In this document: piece by piece, positions 26,036-39,800 of the stretch | How positions within the stretch are numbered: the first letter of the stretch is position 1 | Layout of the letters: each line of letters begins with the position of its first letter | DNA from: Eledone cirrhosa | Taxonomy: Eukaryota | NCBI GenBank assembly: GCA_964016885.1 | Contig: OZ024742.1 | Location: 346,890,001 to 346,954,000 of the forward strand | Direction: 5' to 3' | Length of the DNA stretch: 64,000 bases | Notes under the pieces: generated by a model | The model's input: the letters and a program-made list of their open reading frames with translations, nothing else | What the model was told of the DNA's origin: nothing | Databases searched by the model: none | Made by a program: the position numbers and the translations under genes

Positions 26036-29000
26036 GCTTATTCTTTTGGGGTTTTTTTTTTCTTTGCCTGTTTGTTTGTTTGTTTATTTATGTTCGTCTA
26101 CAGCGCGATAGTGCCACACAAAAATCACTGGGAGTGATGAAATCACCGGTGGTTATGTAACCATACATTCACCAATCCTCGATAAGAGTGTTTAAATGTC
26201 GAACCTAAACAGTTCGAATAACGGTGAAGTGGAGACTAGAATGTCATGTGACAGACTCTCACCCAGCAGGTGCTCCCTGGCTCAGCAGCAGGGACCTGGC
26301 TGTCAACCAAATACTGCTGGTGACGGAGGAAGAAGAAGAAGGAAAGGGACCAGAACCAACTGGACGAAAGAATTGAATAGAACTATTATGCAATGTTACC
26401 TGAAGAGTAACCCCAAGGAGAAAGGCTATAGGAAACGGATGCATAACATCTGGAACGAGATTGGTCTATTTAAATTAGATGAACAAAAATTGACCGGGCA
26501 GGCTCGGGTAATAAGAACTAATGGCTGGAACTGGAGGAACTAAGCAGAGAGATTAGGTTGGAAATGGAGACTGGAGTATGTCAGGCAAACGAGCCAGTGG
26601 GAAATGAAGGTGAAAAGGTTGAGAGAACGGAGGAACTATCCGAAGCAGACAATGATCCGAATGCTGAAATAAATAATACCTGGAACAAAGATACGGCCAT
26701 TGAGGAGATGAATGTTGACGGGCTAGGGCAAGATTTGGTTGATATCCTAAACTTAGTGGTAGATGAAATGAACAATGATAGTGGGAAACCTATGAACCTA
26801 AGATTTGTAGACAGGAACAAGTTAAAAGAAACAACAGCTAAGTTAAACAAAGTCATCCCATACCTTGAGGCGAGGAGCCTTCACCAGTGCAACAATATCC
26901 TCAAAGCAACAGCAAATGCGGGGAGGAAATTACTTGGCACAAAAGAGAGAGGAAACAACAAACAAGAAAGATCAGAACCTTGGTGGAAGAAACGACTGAA
27001 TGGTCAAATCAGGGAAATGAGAAATGACATTGGAAAGCTTGAGTCCCTACTGAATGGGACACTAAAAAACATAGACACTAAAAATAGACTGGAAATAAAG
27101 TACAAAACTAGGAGGAAAAAGCTAAATATTATCATAGAGGAACTGAAGCAACGCATTGTAGCAAAGAGTGCAAAAATTAGGCGATACGAGAGCAGAGTCA
27201 GTCAGTATAGACAGAACCGTATGTTTGACAACAACCAGAAGATGTTGTTTGGACAGCTTGAATGGAAAGAAAGAGGAAACGACTTGATCCCTGAGGCGGA
27301 ACAAACTAAGACATTCTGGAGAGGTATATGGGAGCAGGATGTTAAACATAATGACCAGGCAGTGTGGATTGAGACAGTACAAAAGGAGATTAGTGAACAG
27401 GCACACCAACAAACTGATTTGAGTATCACAGTTGAAACTCTTAAGGGGCAGGCCAAAAATCTAACCAACTGGAAATCACCAGGCCCAGATGGTGTGCAGG
27501 GGGATTGGATTAAAAATATAACATCCCTCCACCCGAAACTGACACCATGTTCAATGACTGCTTGATGTCAGGTGAGGTACCAGAGTGGTTGATAAAAGGT
27601 ACCACAGTTCTGGTAATGAAACACCGAATCAAGAGTAATGATGTTACCAACTATAGACCTATCACATGTCTGTCCGTAATGTGGAAACTGTTGACAAGCA
27701 TTGTGTCTGAGGAAATCTACCATCACCTCCACACAAACAACTTCTTACCGGACGAACAGAAAGGATGCCGAAAGAATTCCCGTGGTACAAAGGACCAGTT
27801 ATTTATCGATAAGATGGTAATGAGGAATTGCAAGTGGAGACACACTGGTCTTGCCATGGGATGGATAGACTACAAAAAGGCATTTGACATGGTGCCTCAT
27901 TCTTGGATCACCAAAAGCTTAGAGATCTTCAAGGTGGCAGATAACATCAGACAGTTGTTGAGCAAAAGTATGAAGTCCTGGAAAACAGAGTTAACATCAG
28001 CTGGAGAATCCTTGGGAGGCGTGAAGATCAAGAGAGGTATCTTCCAGGGAGATAGCCTGTCCCCTCTGTTGTTTGTCCTTGCCCTGATGCCCCTGACCAT
28101 TATACTGCGAAAAGTGAGAGCAGGATACAAGTTGGGAAAGGGAGAGCTTACCATCAATCACCTCCTCTTCATGGACGATCTTAAGCTCTTCAGGAAGAGT
28201 GAGAAGGAGTTGGGTGTGCTTGTTGACAGTCCGTATTTTCAGCAATGATATATGTATGCAATTTGCTATTAGTAAGTGTGGAGTCCTTGTGATGAAGAGG
28301 GGTAAATTGAGCAGAAGCAACGGAATCCAGGTACCAACAGGTGAGATGATAAAGGAAATTGACACTGAAGAAGGATACAAGTATTTGGGTGTTCTGGAGG
28401 CTGATGACAACAAGAACAAAAAAAATGAAGGAATTGATAAGATCTGAATACATTCGAAGAGTAAGGAGCGTATTAAAGTCACATCTGAACAGTAGGAATG
28501 CCATAAGTGCAGTAAATTCCCGAGCTGTGTCTATTATTAGGTACAGTGCGGGAATTGTGAGATGGAATGTTGCTGAACAAAAAGAAATGGATAGGAAGAC
28601 TAGGAAGCTATTGACTATCTACAACATGTTCCACAAGAGGAGTGATGTCGATAGACTCTACTTAAGGAGATCTGAAGGTGGAAGACGTCTTATCAGCATA
28701 GAGGACTGTGTTCAGATGGAGAAAAACAACCTAAACAAATACGTGACTGATAGTAAGGAGCCAATGCTCAGAATTGTACTGAAGGCGGAACAATAGACCA
28801 GGGGATGTCCAAGGAGGAAATAACAACAAGGAGAAAGAGCAGCCTTCATGAAAAATCCCTTCATAGTACCTTCTTTGAGAAAACTGAATTCAGAGATCCA
28901 CAGACATGGAACTGGTTGAAAAGAGGAGACCTCAAAAAGGCTACAGAAGGAATGCTAATGGCTGCGTAAGAGCAGGCCCTCAAAACGAAGTGGCTGAAAC

Positions 29001-29656
29001 ACCATATTTACAAGGAGGAGGCTAGCACACTGTGCAGGATCTGTGGAGAGAGGAGACTGTGGCTCACATTGTATCCGAGTGTAAACACCTAGCCCAGACT
29101 CACTATAAAGGCTGGAGACATGATGTGATGGGCAGGGTGATCCACTGGCACCTATGCAAAGTAAACAATTTACCACATTCTGAGAAGTGGTATGAGCATA
29201 AGCCAGAGTCGGTGATGGAAAACGATCAGGTGAAGGTGCTGTGGGATTTTAGGATACAGACGGACAAGAAACTGGAACACAATAGACCTGGCCTGGTGGT
29301 TTTGGACAAAGAAAAAAGATCGTGTCTGATTGTGGATGTGGCCTGCTCATTCGACACGAGAATGCAAGAAAGGGAGAGGGAGAAAATTAACCGATACCAG
29401 GACTTAAAGTGGGAGGTAAAAAGTATTTGGAACTGCCATGAAGTCAAAGTGGTCCCGATTGTCATAGGCACACTAGGTACTATCTCAAAAGGTTTCCAGG
29501 GATGGTTAAAGAAAATTGGCCCCGCCCCGCGTTTTGGAACACTTCAAAAGTCATGCTCCGATACGTCCTGAATATCTAAGGCTGCAGGTAGTGGCTTGAT
29601 ATTCATTTCAACAAAGTTTCCAGTTAACTAACATCAATGACTGAGACTCAAAGAAC

Positions 29657-29706
<50 letters not shown>
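26036..29706 (+). mobile_element. Near full-length, degraded Dong/R4-like element (family B) with (TAA)n tail
   Basis: Six ORF pieces from 26196 to 29571 with KSPGPDG, YRPITCL, IFQGDSLSP, FMDD, ETVAHIVSEC, RHD and NRP(G)LVVLD motifs. Multiple frameshifts and stops. Confidence 0.9.
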
Positions 29707-29708
<2 letters not shown>

Positions 29709-29939
29709 TTTTCTTTATTAACCTACATAAAGTAGACATTAAGGACAGCACAGGACAGTACAGGACGGTACAAATGGGCATTTCTGCGTGTAAAAAAAAC
29801 AGAGGATGAAATAAAATAACAAAGAAAAATTCCCCAATAGGGGGGAGACTTCCGAGGGACATTTGTGGAGAAAGCCCATTAAAAGACCACAGTGGCCCTG
29901 ACCACCAGGGCAAGTGCCCTCTCCCAGTTTTCCACCTTT

Positions 29940-32900
29940 AATTTACAGACACATACTCAGAGAAGGCCCATTCATTCGGGCCATACTTGCTTCTCTCACC
30001 CATCTTTCAACAAAATGCTGGGAAGAGAGCACTTCCCTCTCTACCCTGATTTTCCTTTTCAGATGAAATTTGAAAAAGTTAATCAGGGCATCACCGAAGA
30101 GGTAAGTGCTCGTCTTCAGCCCTTTCAAACGTGTCCACTATACTATCTCTTTCGCCATGGCCACCAGACAGATAAAAACTGCCTGCCCTTCCCGGCTAAA
30201 GGAAGAGGGCGGGGCAATCCTCACGATGGACTCAGCTGATAGCTGGATCCGTCCTACACGTGACAGCAGGTGTTCGACATAAACCCACAAGTCAGCAATG
30301 CTCGGACACTGGACGAGTGCGTGCAGGACGGTTTCGTCGCCCTGTGCGCATCTCGGATATGCCCGGCTGACGGCACCTCCATGCCTGTAAAGTTTATCCC
30401 GAACTGGCAAAGCACCCCGGTAGCACTGCCAGGCCAGGGATTTTTGGAAGTTGTCCATAGGCCCCGGCCCGAAAGTCCTTCCAAAGAGATTGGCTAGTTG
30501 ATTTTCGTCGACGCCTAGAGTTTCTCCAAGTACGTCGTCGCTCTTCCCCTCCACTAATCCCCTATAGAACGCCAAGGTGGAGTTTCCACCGATCACATTG
30601 CCCGATTGGTCGAGGGCTGTGAGCGCCTGAAGACATTCCAGTCTCCAAGCGCTCCCTCTCGGTCTTCGCTTGACCCAGGACTGCAGCTCCGTCAAGGAGA
30701 CGAGCTGGGGAAAAACGTGTCTAGCAAACGGCGACCACACCTGATCACCGTCGAGGAAGAGGTGGAGATGTCGTAGCCTGAGCGCGTGTCTGCGCATCAT
30801 CAGCCACGGCATGCCCAGCCCTCCACGTAGCGGGTGTTGACAGCAGATGGACCGCCTGACCATCGGAGCGCGTCCCTTCCACAAGAAGCGAAAGAGCAAA
30901 CGCTCCAGCGCAGTCAGGCGGGGCTTAGGACAAGGTACGACGGTCAGGCGGTAGTAGATGACGGACGCGATGTACGCGTTAGCCACCTCCGCTCGACCTT
31001 TCAGGGATAGCTTCCTCTCGGCCCATTTCTGGGTGAGAGAAGCCACCCTGCTCGTCACCTCGTCCCAGTTTGTGTCCGTCTGGAGGTCTGGACCGAATCA
31101 GACCCCTAGCAATTTAACCGGTCCGTCTGTCCAGCGCCCGACGACGCTGTTGGACGGCATGGACCTGCCTCTCCAGGTGCCGAGCTGCAGGCCCACTGAC
31201 TTTTCCTGGTTGATCATTGCTCCTGTCACCGCTTCGTATTCTCTTAGTGTAGTGCCGATCGCCTCGATGTGTTTGGCGTTCGACACCACTACGGTGACAT
31301 CGTCGGCATATGCTGACACGGATCTTCCGCATCCTAGTTCGCGCGGGATCCCCTTCACGTCTCCAGTTTGTGCAGTAATGGCTCGAGAGTCAATACGTAC
31401 AATAGGGACGAGAGGGGACATCCTTGGCGGACCGAGCGCATGATGTTGAACGGTTCCGAAAGGTGACCGTTCACTCTCACTACAGAGCAGATGTTGCTGT
31501 GCATGGCAGCGATCCAGCCTCTGAAGACGGGCCCAAAGCCAGCCGCCCTCAGGACTGCCTCTAGGTAACGATGGTCGACCCTATCGAAGGCTTTCGACTG
31601 ATCTAAATTGATCAAAGACCCACCCGTGCCAGGTTCCCTAGCTACCCTCTCTACGATGTATCGCATGAGGTGGAGGTTGTCGTGGATGGATCTGTCGGGA
31701 ATAGCGCATGTATGTGCCTCTCCCACCAGACCACCAATGCTAAGCGCCAACCTCTTTGCTAGCACCTTGGCCAAAATCTTGAACTCTGTGTTTAGCAGAG
31801 TTATGGGCCTAAAATTATCTATGTTATCCCCCTTGTTTGGATCCTTTCTCAGCAGCGCCACCGCTCCTCGGCTCCCAGAGCTGGGAATTCTCCCGTTCTG
31901 TTGCCAGTTGCAGTAGACGTCCGCCAAGAGGCCTCCGAACAAGTTTGGCATTTGTACGTAAAGTTCATAGGGCAGACCATCCAAACCAGGCGATTTACCC
32001 CTTGTGCAACTAGTCATTGCATCCCGTACTTCAGCGGTTGTTATCGGCTTTTCGCAACACTCCGCCTCAGTGGCCGAAAGCCGCGGCAGTCCGTCGAGGT
32101 AGACACTAAAGTCCATCCCTCGACCCGGCCCGCCACTGCCCCCGAACAGTTGAGCGAAGTGTCGCTGAAAAGCTTCACACATTTGCCCGGGATCGAGTAG
32201 CATGCGCCCGTCGTGGTCCACCAAAGACCGGATCGTGGCTTTGTTGCCACAACGCGCCTCCGCCACTCGGGCCCATTGAACGGCTTTCGTCCCCTCGTGT
32301 CTGAGAGCACGCACCCTAGCTCTGACAACGCAGCCTTCGTGCTTTGCATTGAAGAATTGGTCAAGGGCCAATTTCGCCGCAAGTACGTCGGTCGCGAAGC
32401 CTTTGCTAAGCGCCTCATCTAATTTTCTAACTAGTTCTCCCTCTGTTCTATTTTTCTCTATTGCTAAAGTCTTACTAAACCTAATGGACTCTATTCTAAT
32501 TGCTCTTTTCAGAGCAAACCACCACTTGTTGTTGACGATGGCCCCCGTCAACGCCCGCTTAACTAGTTCGCTAATCCGGTCTCTGTAGGCCTTGCGCGCT
32601 GGTAAGGACGCGTTTAGCTTCCAGTAGCCGGGTCCTCGCCTATGAAGCCTATCTAAGTCAAGCACACAGATCACGAATTTGTGGTCCGTGTAGCTGACTA
32701 TCTTGAATTGTGGACAGATTATGCTAGACCTATCTATTTCCCTACAAAATACTCTATCTAGATATGATCTGGATGACCCTATGCGATTTGTCCAAGTCCA
32801 CATTGGTACATTCGGGAAATCCATTCGGTACCTGTCAGACAGTTCAAAACGTCTGAGCAGGTTGGTGAGACTCTTGCACCCTCCTTCCCTATCCACTAAT

Positions 32901-33361
32901 CCCACACAATCCCAGCGTACATCTAAGATCCCGTTCCAGTCGCCCACTAACACTAAAGAGCGGGACGTTCCAAGAAAGGTCTCCAGACGCCGGAAGAAAT
33001 CAGGCCGCCCTGCTCCTGTCGGGGCATAGACGGCCACTAACCTGAAAGCTTGCCCGTCTCCGCTGGTCACGTCCAACACCACCAACTTACCTTCTGGGTC
33101 CAGGAAGATGGCCCGTATGGCGAGATCCAAACCTCTCCGAAAAAGCACAGCAACTCCTCCCCCCGATCCCGGACGGCTGGGAGATGCGTACACATCGTAG
33201 CCGCCGAAGATCGGTGCGAAATCCTGTGCTTCGGAGATTCTGGTCTCGCTGATGGCCACTACATCTATGTTTAGTGACCTGAGGTCGTTGAGCAGGTGGC
33301 CCTGCTTCCATGACGACCCCAAGCCACGCGCATTTATGCTGCCTATTCTGAGTGAGGTCAT
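29940..33361 (-). pseudogene. Tx1-like ORF2: APE endonuclease plus reverse transcriptase, with a frameshift near 31355 and premature stops
   Basis: SINARG, ISET, GDWN, YLDR, TDH; KSPGLDG, FRPITLLN, DQSKAFDRV, RQGCPLS, AYADD; C-terminal ETVLHALVQC. Confidence 0.92.
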
Positions 33362-33395
33362 GTTGAAAAGGAGTGGAAAAGATGGGAAAGACCAC

Positions 33396-35390
33396 TTACC
33401 TTACTTCTCGTAGGGGAAGGACGGTTTTTCCATCCTTTTCACTGCTTGTGGCCTCCTCAGGAAGGATGTCCTTATAAATCCTCCTGGAGAGTGCTTGTCG
33501 GAAGTCTCCGATGTCTTTGGGGAATTTTTATTTTAGTGTCATGTACGTTTTCTGTGTGATGCGAGTGATTTGTATGTGTGGAGGTGGTGTGAATTTTGGG
33601 GTTGTTGTGTAGTCTTTTTCTGTGATGCTGGTGTTGTGTTGGATGTAGTGTAATAATTGCTTGTTGTTCAAATTTAATGCTGTGTAGTGTGTATCGTTTT
33701 GGTTGTTTTGTTTTGATTGCGTTTTTATTGTGGGTTTGTTTCTGTTTCGCATTTTGGTGACTTTTGTGGTGTAGGTGATGGTGGTGTTGGAGTTAATGAT
33801 GGTGATGGTGTTGGTGTTTGGGTTGATGGGGTTGGTGATGCTGGTGTGGATGGTGGCATATCTGTCCTAACTTTTTTGTTTCTTAGTTTATTTGTTTCCC
33901 TCTGTATTTTGTTTTTGGAGGGGGAAGGAAAAGAATTTTTTCTTTTTTGGTTTCTTTTTTTTTTTCCGGATATCGTTTCCCACTCCTCGTCGTCACAATC
34001 TGTCTCCAGTTGTGATAGGCCGGGGAGTGGAAAATCCTCCACAGGCGTTAGTTTTGGTTGTGGCGTGGTGGATGGTGTAGGCGCTGGTGCTAGTTCTGAA
34101 GCGATGGGTGGTGGTGGTGTTGGTTTTGCTGGTGGTGGTGGTGGTGGTGGTGTTGGTTTTGCTACTGTTGCTGGGGTTGTTGCTGTTATAGTTGCTTCTG
34201 TTGTTGCTGCTACAGTTGTTGCTGCCATCTCTGCTACTGGTGGTGTTGATGGTTGTGTCACAGGGGTGGGTAGGAGAGGTGGCCTCAACCTTTTAGCCTG
34301 AGGGCAGAAAGCCCTTAGGTGGGTTCCTTCACCACAAACGACACACCTAGGTCTTCTGCCCTCGACAATTACCGTGAGGTGGCTGCCGTCAGTGAGGTCT
34401 ATTACCTCGGGGATCTCCTCAATGCTTTTTTGGTCCGCTTGGATCAGGAGCTCCATCTCAGATCCGGACCAGTTCTCCTGCTTTTCTTTTGCTATTGCTA
34501 TTATTTTGGTGTTGGCTTCGATGTCGGCGAGGACGGCCGCTATTAGCCAGGGAATTTCGATGGCCGGTGGAACGTGGGTCACCCTGATCTTTACGAGTCT
34601 CTGGCCACAATAGCTTGGGACGAGTGTTAAGTCGTCACTTCTTAATGGGGCCATGGAGTGTTCTCTAGCCTCCTCTGGTGTTTCAAAGAACACGTCCATG
34701 GTTCCATACTTTTGCCCACGTCTGATGTGGGTTTTTCTTGCCCACACATGTCCCAAAGCTTTTGGGATTTGGGACTCGGATACCCGTTCCACTCGGCGCG
34801 ATTTTACATTTATTGTTCGATACGACACGGTGCATAGGCGCCGATGCTCCATTTTTTTAGGTGGGGGTGAGGCTGACCCTGTACCCATCTTTCTTTACCA
34901 TTTGTTTGGCATTTTCTAAATCCTCCTGAGTTACCGTAAATGCTTCGAACTGTTTTGCTACTCTGGCGAAACTGAGGGGGGTTTTTATAATGTCATTGTT
35001 GTTGTTGTTGCTATCGTTATTTGTGTTAATATTAATTTTAGTTTCAGTTGTGGTGGTGGTGACGTCAGTCGTCTTTGGTGGGGAAGAGTCCATTTTGCTT
35101 GATTTCATTTCGACATCACGAGTTAATTTATTTTTTTCTTCTTTTGTTTCTGTTGTCGCGGTGGTGGTGGGGGTGGTGGTTGTCGCGGTGGTGGTGGAGG
35201 CTTTAACACCTGCAGTCATTGGTAATGGCGGGAAATGAATGTCTGCCTGAGACAAATTTAAAATATTTCTACTGCTTATATTTTTTTTTGTGTTGGCAAA
35301 CGTAGTAACATTTACAATGGTGGTGTCGGTGTGAGGTGTTAATTTGTGAGGAAGGCTTTCAGCTGCTTGGTGCAGAGGTGAATTAGCCAT
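33396..35390 (-). pseudogene. Tx1-like ORF1 (gag-like, zinc knuckle), frameshifted
   Basis: ORF pieces 34857-35390, 33725-34888 (CVVCGEGTHLRAFC) and 33528-33752. It ends DGKTVLPLREVR* at 33396. Confidence 0.8.
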
Positions 35391-35585
35391 TTTTTTTCAA
35401 AGAAATTTTTTGATAATAATAAAAGTTTAAATTTTGGGCACAAGGCCCCAATCTTTTTGGGTGTCCTTTTCGGAAAACAATGTATGTTTAACAATAAAAA
35501 TTTTCCATAAATGGCAATTTTTAACAAACGGAAATAACAAACCTTTGCGGAGCTCACGATGATACGATTTACTACGTAGGTCGCC

Positions 35586-35633
<48 letters not shown>
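35586..35633. repeat. (TAA)n microsatellite
   Basis: Read directly. Confidence 0.95.
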
Positions 35634-35915
35634 CCAGGATTTGGAATTGCCATGAAGTCAAAGTGATGCCGATTGTCATGGGCGCACTGGGGACTATCTC
35701 CAAAAGTTTCCAGGGATGGCTAAAGAAAATCGGCCCCTTCACGCTTTTTGGAACGCTTCAAAAGGCATGCTTGCTGGGAACAGCAAGAACCCTCCGATAC
35801 GTCCTGAATATTTGAGGCTGCAGGTAGTGGCTTGATATTCATTCCAACGGACTTTCCAGTTAACCAACATCAATGACTGAGATTCAAGGAATAACAACAA
35901 TAATAATAATAATAA
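35634..35915 (+). mobile_element. Severely 5'-truncated Dong/R4 family B copy with (TAA)n tail
   Basis: Similar to 29426-29660. It retains KACLLGTARTLRYVLNI*, which is partly deleted in the long copy. Confidence 0.85.
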
Positions 35916-36849
35916 GGGAAGAAGACGCACGAGGTGGTAGAACGTCACGAAATTACTCCCGTAAGTTTTTTGATTTTTAACATATTTAAATCAATTGTGA
36001 AAGAACAATTCTTAGCACAAATGTTGCATAAAGGCACCGAATGAGGTCCCATAAAGTTTCGGATCCATATTATATTGTTGTATCGCTCAAATATTCAATT
36101 TTGTATTATATATTTTGTATTCAAAAAAAGAAAATGGTTATAAATGGAACAAAACACCCTCTGTCTACACTATATAGAACAGCAGCAATTTCAATTTCAC
36201 CAACACCAGAAACTTGATACACTACCTATCCCATCACACTAAATATAACAGCTAGATAACGGCAATTTCACCAGCATCATAATAATAATTACTATTATTA
36301 TTGTCTCAAATTTTAAAAAATGTTTAATTCAAATTTTACGGGAATATGTCAACACAAAATATAATAAAAATATATATTAAACATACGAACACAAACTCAT
36401 AGATACTATATCAGTAACCACAACACCACCGCTGCCACCACCCCACCACATCTATCATCGCCGCCACCACTCATTCAATGCTACTGACACTATTCCCCTG
36501 TTAACTTGAGAGAGAAAAGGGGAGGTGGCGGTAGCACTAGACAAGAGAGAGGCTAGCAAAAGATATAAATAGATTGACTTGGTGACCTTGCCACCCACCG
36601 GACAAACGTCTACATCAACAATTATGGGACTGCTGGCTCACCCCTTCCTCACCAACAATATAAAAAGCCCCGGCACCACCACCGACATAGCCAACAACAA
36701 TAACAGCCAACTACAACAAAAAGTATATTATATTATTGTAATGCACTGGGTGATTGCTGGCCTTGTGCCTGGAGTGGAGACAATTATTAATAATTTCATT
36801 CTTAAGCCACGCAATGCTCACATTAAGGAACCACTCATGATAATAACAA

Positions 36850-39800
36850 TTTTAAAAAAAAAAACAACAAAAAGAAAACCCCGTGACCAAGAAATACCGG
36901 GATGGCGGCCGGCGGGGAATAGCCATGTCTCTAGGGGAGAACAACCCCTCTAGTCTTGGTTGACACTCGTTCTAGAAGTGGTAACACGAAATGATTACCC
37001 CTTGGCGGATAAGGATAAAACGCGACAAAATAAAGTAAATGTCTAATGATAAAATCTCATACCGGATCGGCCGTCACCCGGGTAAAAAAGGGCCGCGTCC
37101 CCCAGAGAGGAACCAGACTGGGGTCGAAAAATCAGCTAATGGTTCAAACCTTCCCATCACTTCGGAGCTGGAGACCTCCCATAACCGGAATACTCCTACT
37201 GTTGGCCCTCCATGCTCACCACCAAGAAATCCAAAGAAAAAGAGAGAAAAATGGTCAAGGGAAGATAATAAAGAAGTCCTTGAGGCTTTCTACACTGCCA
37301 TGTACTACCCATCAAATACATCGAATACAGAACAAACATATATCAACTGGAAAAAGAAACATCCGAAAACAGAGGCTTATTTACAGTAACAAACTAGCCA
37401 ATATACGAAGAAATATTGTAAGAAAAAAGTTACTAACTGATATAGAAATTGATCAGATCAAGCTAGTAGCACAAAGTCAGCGAAGGGAAAATGAAGCATG
37501 TGTCAGTGAAAACGAGGTAAACTGTAACACTTCGAATCCCAGGGTTGGGGCGGAATCACTGGCAACAGAACAAATTAAAGAAAGGAGCGAAAAAGTGGAG
37601 GGAGTGCATGCTCAGGATGAAACTCCAAATGAAAATAATGAGATCGTAAATGATAAAGAAATGAATGAGAATGAACTTGCCAACTTGAAGGATGAAATTA
37701 TGATCGAATGGATGAAAATGAAAGAATCTGACATGGGGCAACGAGACACCCTCCCTAAGATCCAGAACTCCAAACAGAACCAAAAGATAATACACAAGAC
37801 TAACATAATTCTCAAAAACATTATCATCACAAACAAACTAAACATTACTGACTTAAATCATCTCTATTATGCATCGGCTAAAGTCACCACTCACTTATGT
37901 GGAGTGAAGATGAAAAAACAAAGGAATTCCCACAAGAAATCTACTTGGCAAGATAACATCAATCGCCAAATAAACCTTCTCCGATCTGACATAAAAATGT
38001 TAACAAACTATAAAGTAGGTGAACATGTTAAACAAACTAAACTTAGAAAATTGAAAAAAAAGTACAGTATAAGATCAACATGTGACATAGACATGCTGAT
38101 AGAAACAATCAAGCAAAAAGTGACGGCCAAAGCTGCTCGTATAAGGCGCTTTCAAAAACGATCTAGATTCTATAAGGACAATAATATGTTCAAAAACAAC
38201 CAAAGAAACTTCTACAGAAAAATTGGTAAGTCAACAATAACTGCTAAATCAATACCACCCAAGGAGGAAGTGCAAGAATTCTGGGAAAAGATCTGGGCCG
38301 AAGAAAAAGTTCATAACATACGTGCCCCATGGATAGACAGACAAATGAAAGAAACAGCTCACCTTGAAGAACAAACATGGGAAAATATAACAGTTGAACA
38401 GCTGCGCTTGGCTCTAAGAAAAACCAGCAAATGGAAATCCCCAGGAAAAGACAAAATACAAAACTTTTGGATAAATGCCTTCACAGAGTCTCATGAGCTG
38501 TTAGCCCAACTTTACAATGAAATAGTTAAGGAGCCAGAAAAGATACCATCATGGCTAGTTAACGGCATTACATTCCTGCTACCGAAGAATGATGAGACAA
38601 ACAATCCCAAAAATTACAGACCGATAACCTGCTTGACCACAATGTATAAAATGTTAACATCAGTCCTAACTGAATACACATATGACCACCTGATAACAAA
38701 TGACCTATTTCCCATTGAGCAGAAAGGGTGTAAACGAGGCTCATATGGCTGTAAGGATCAGCTTCTGGTTAACAAAATGATACTGGAAGATTGTCATAAT
38801 AGACACAAAAATCTATCGATTGCTTGGATAGATTATAAAAAAGCATTCGATAGTTTGCCACACAGTTGGATTGAAAAATGTTTAGAGATTTTCAAAATAT
38901 CCCCCGTTGTCAGGAGGTTTTTGTCATTCAGTATGAGGACATGGAGAACGACACTCCTTTTGAATAGTGAAACAAAATCACTGGAAGCTGGAGAAGTTAA
39001 CATTAATTGTGGAATTTTTCAGGGTGACTCTTTATCACCGCTTTTATTCTGCATCGCACTTATACCATTAAGTAAAATGCTCAATGAAACAAAACATGGA
39101 TATTGAGTCTATGACAAAACCATTAATCACCTGTTCTACATGGATGACCTGAAACTATTTGCAAAAAATGATGAACAATTGCAAGGGCTATTATCCACTG
39201 TGAAGCAGTTCAGTGATGACATTAAAATGGAGTTTGGACTGGATAAATGCGCCAAAGCAACGTTCACCAGAGGAAAGCTGCTGAAGAGTTCAGACATTAA
39301 TCTTGATCGGGGGAACGTGATAAGAGAGCTTGATCAAGAAAAAACTTACAAATATCTAGGTGTTTGTGAAGGAGACGGAATCAAGCACTCGACAATGAGG
39401 GAAAGGATAAGGAAGGAATGTTACCGCAGAGTAAGAGCAATCTTAAGAACGGAATTGAATGCAAGGAATAGGATCGATGCCATAAACACGCTTGCCATAC
39501 CAGTAGTAACCTACAGTTACAATGTCATCAACTGGTCAAGCACAGAGATCCGTAGGCTCGATACAAAAATCCGAAAATTCTTAACCATGCACAGAATGCA
39601 TCACCCTAAGGCAGACATAGATAGAATATATCTCCCTAGGAAAGAAGGAGGACGTGGGTTAATCCAGTTAGACATTGCGTTGAAAACTGCAACAATTGGA
39701 TTATCCACATATCTAAGGGAATCACATGATTGGATGATCAAACTCGTTTTGAAACACGAAAGCACCAAAAGATCATATTCCATTACAAAAGATGCACAAA

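Larger units (their letters stand above)
29707..35585 (-). mobile_element. Full-length Tx1-like (L1 group) non-LTR retrotransposon, family A, flanked by (TAA)n on both sides
   Basis: ORF1 with CX2CX4HX4C, ORF2 with APE and RT, and AATAAA near the 3' end. Confidence 0.92.
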
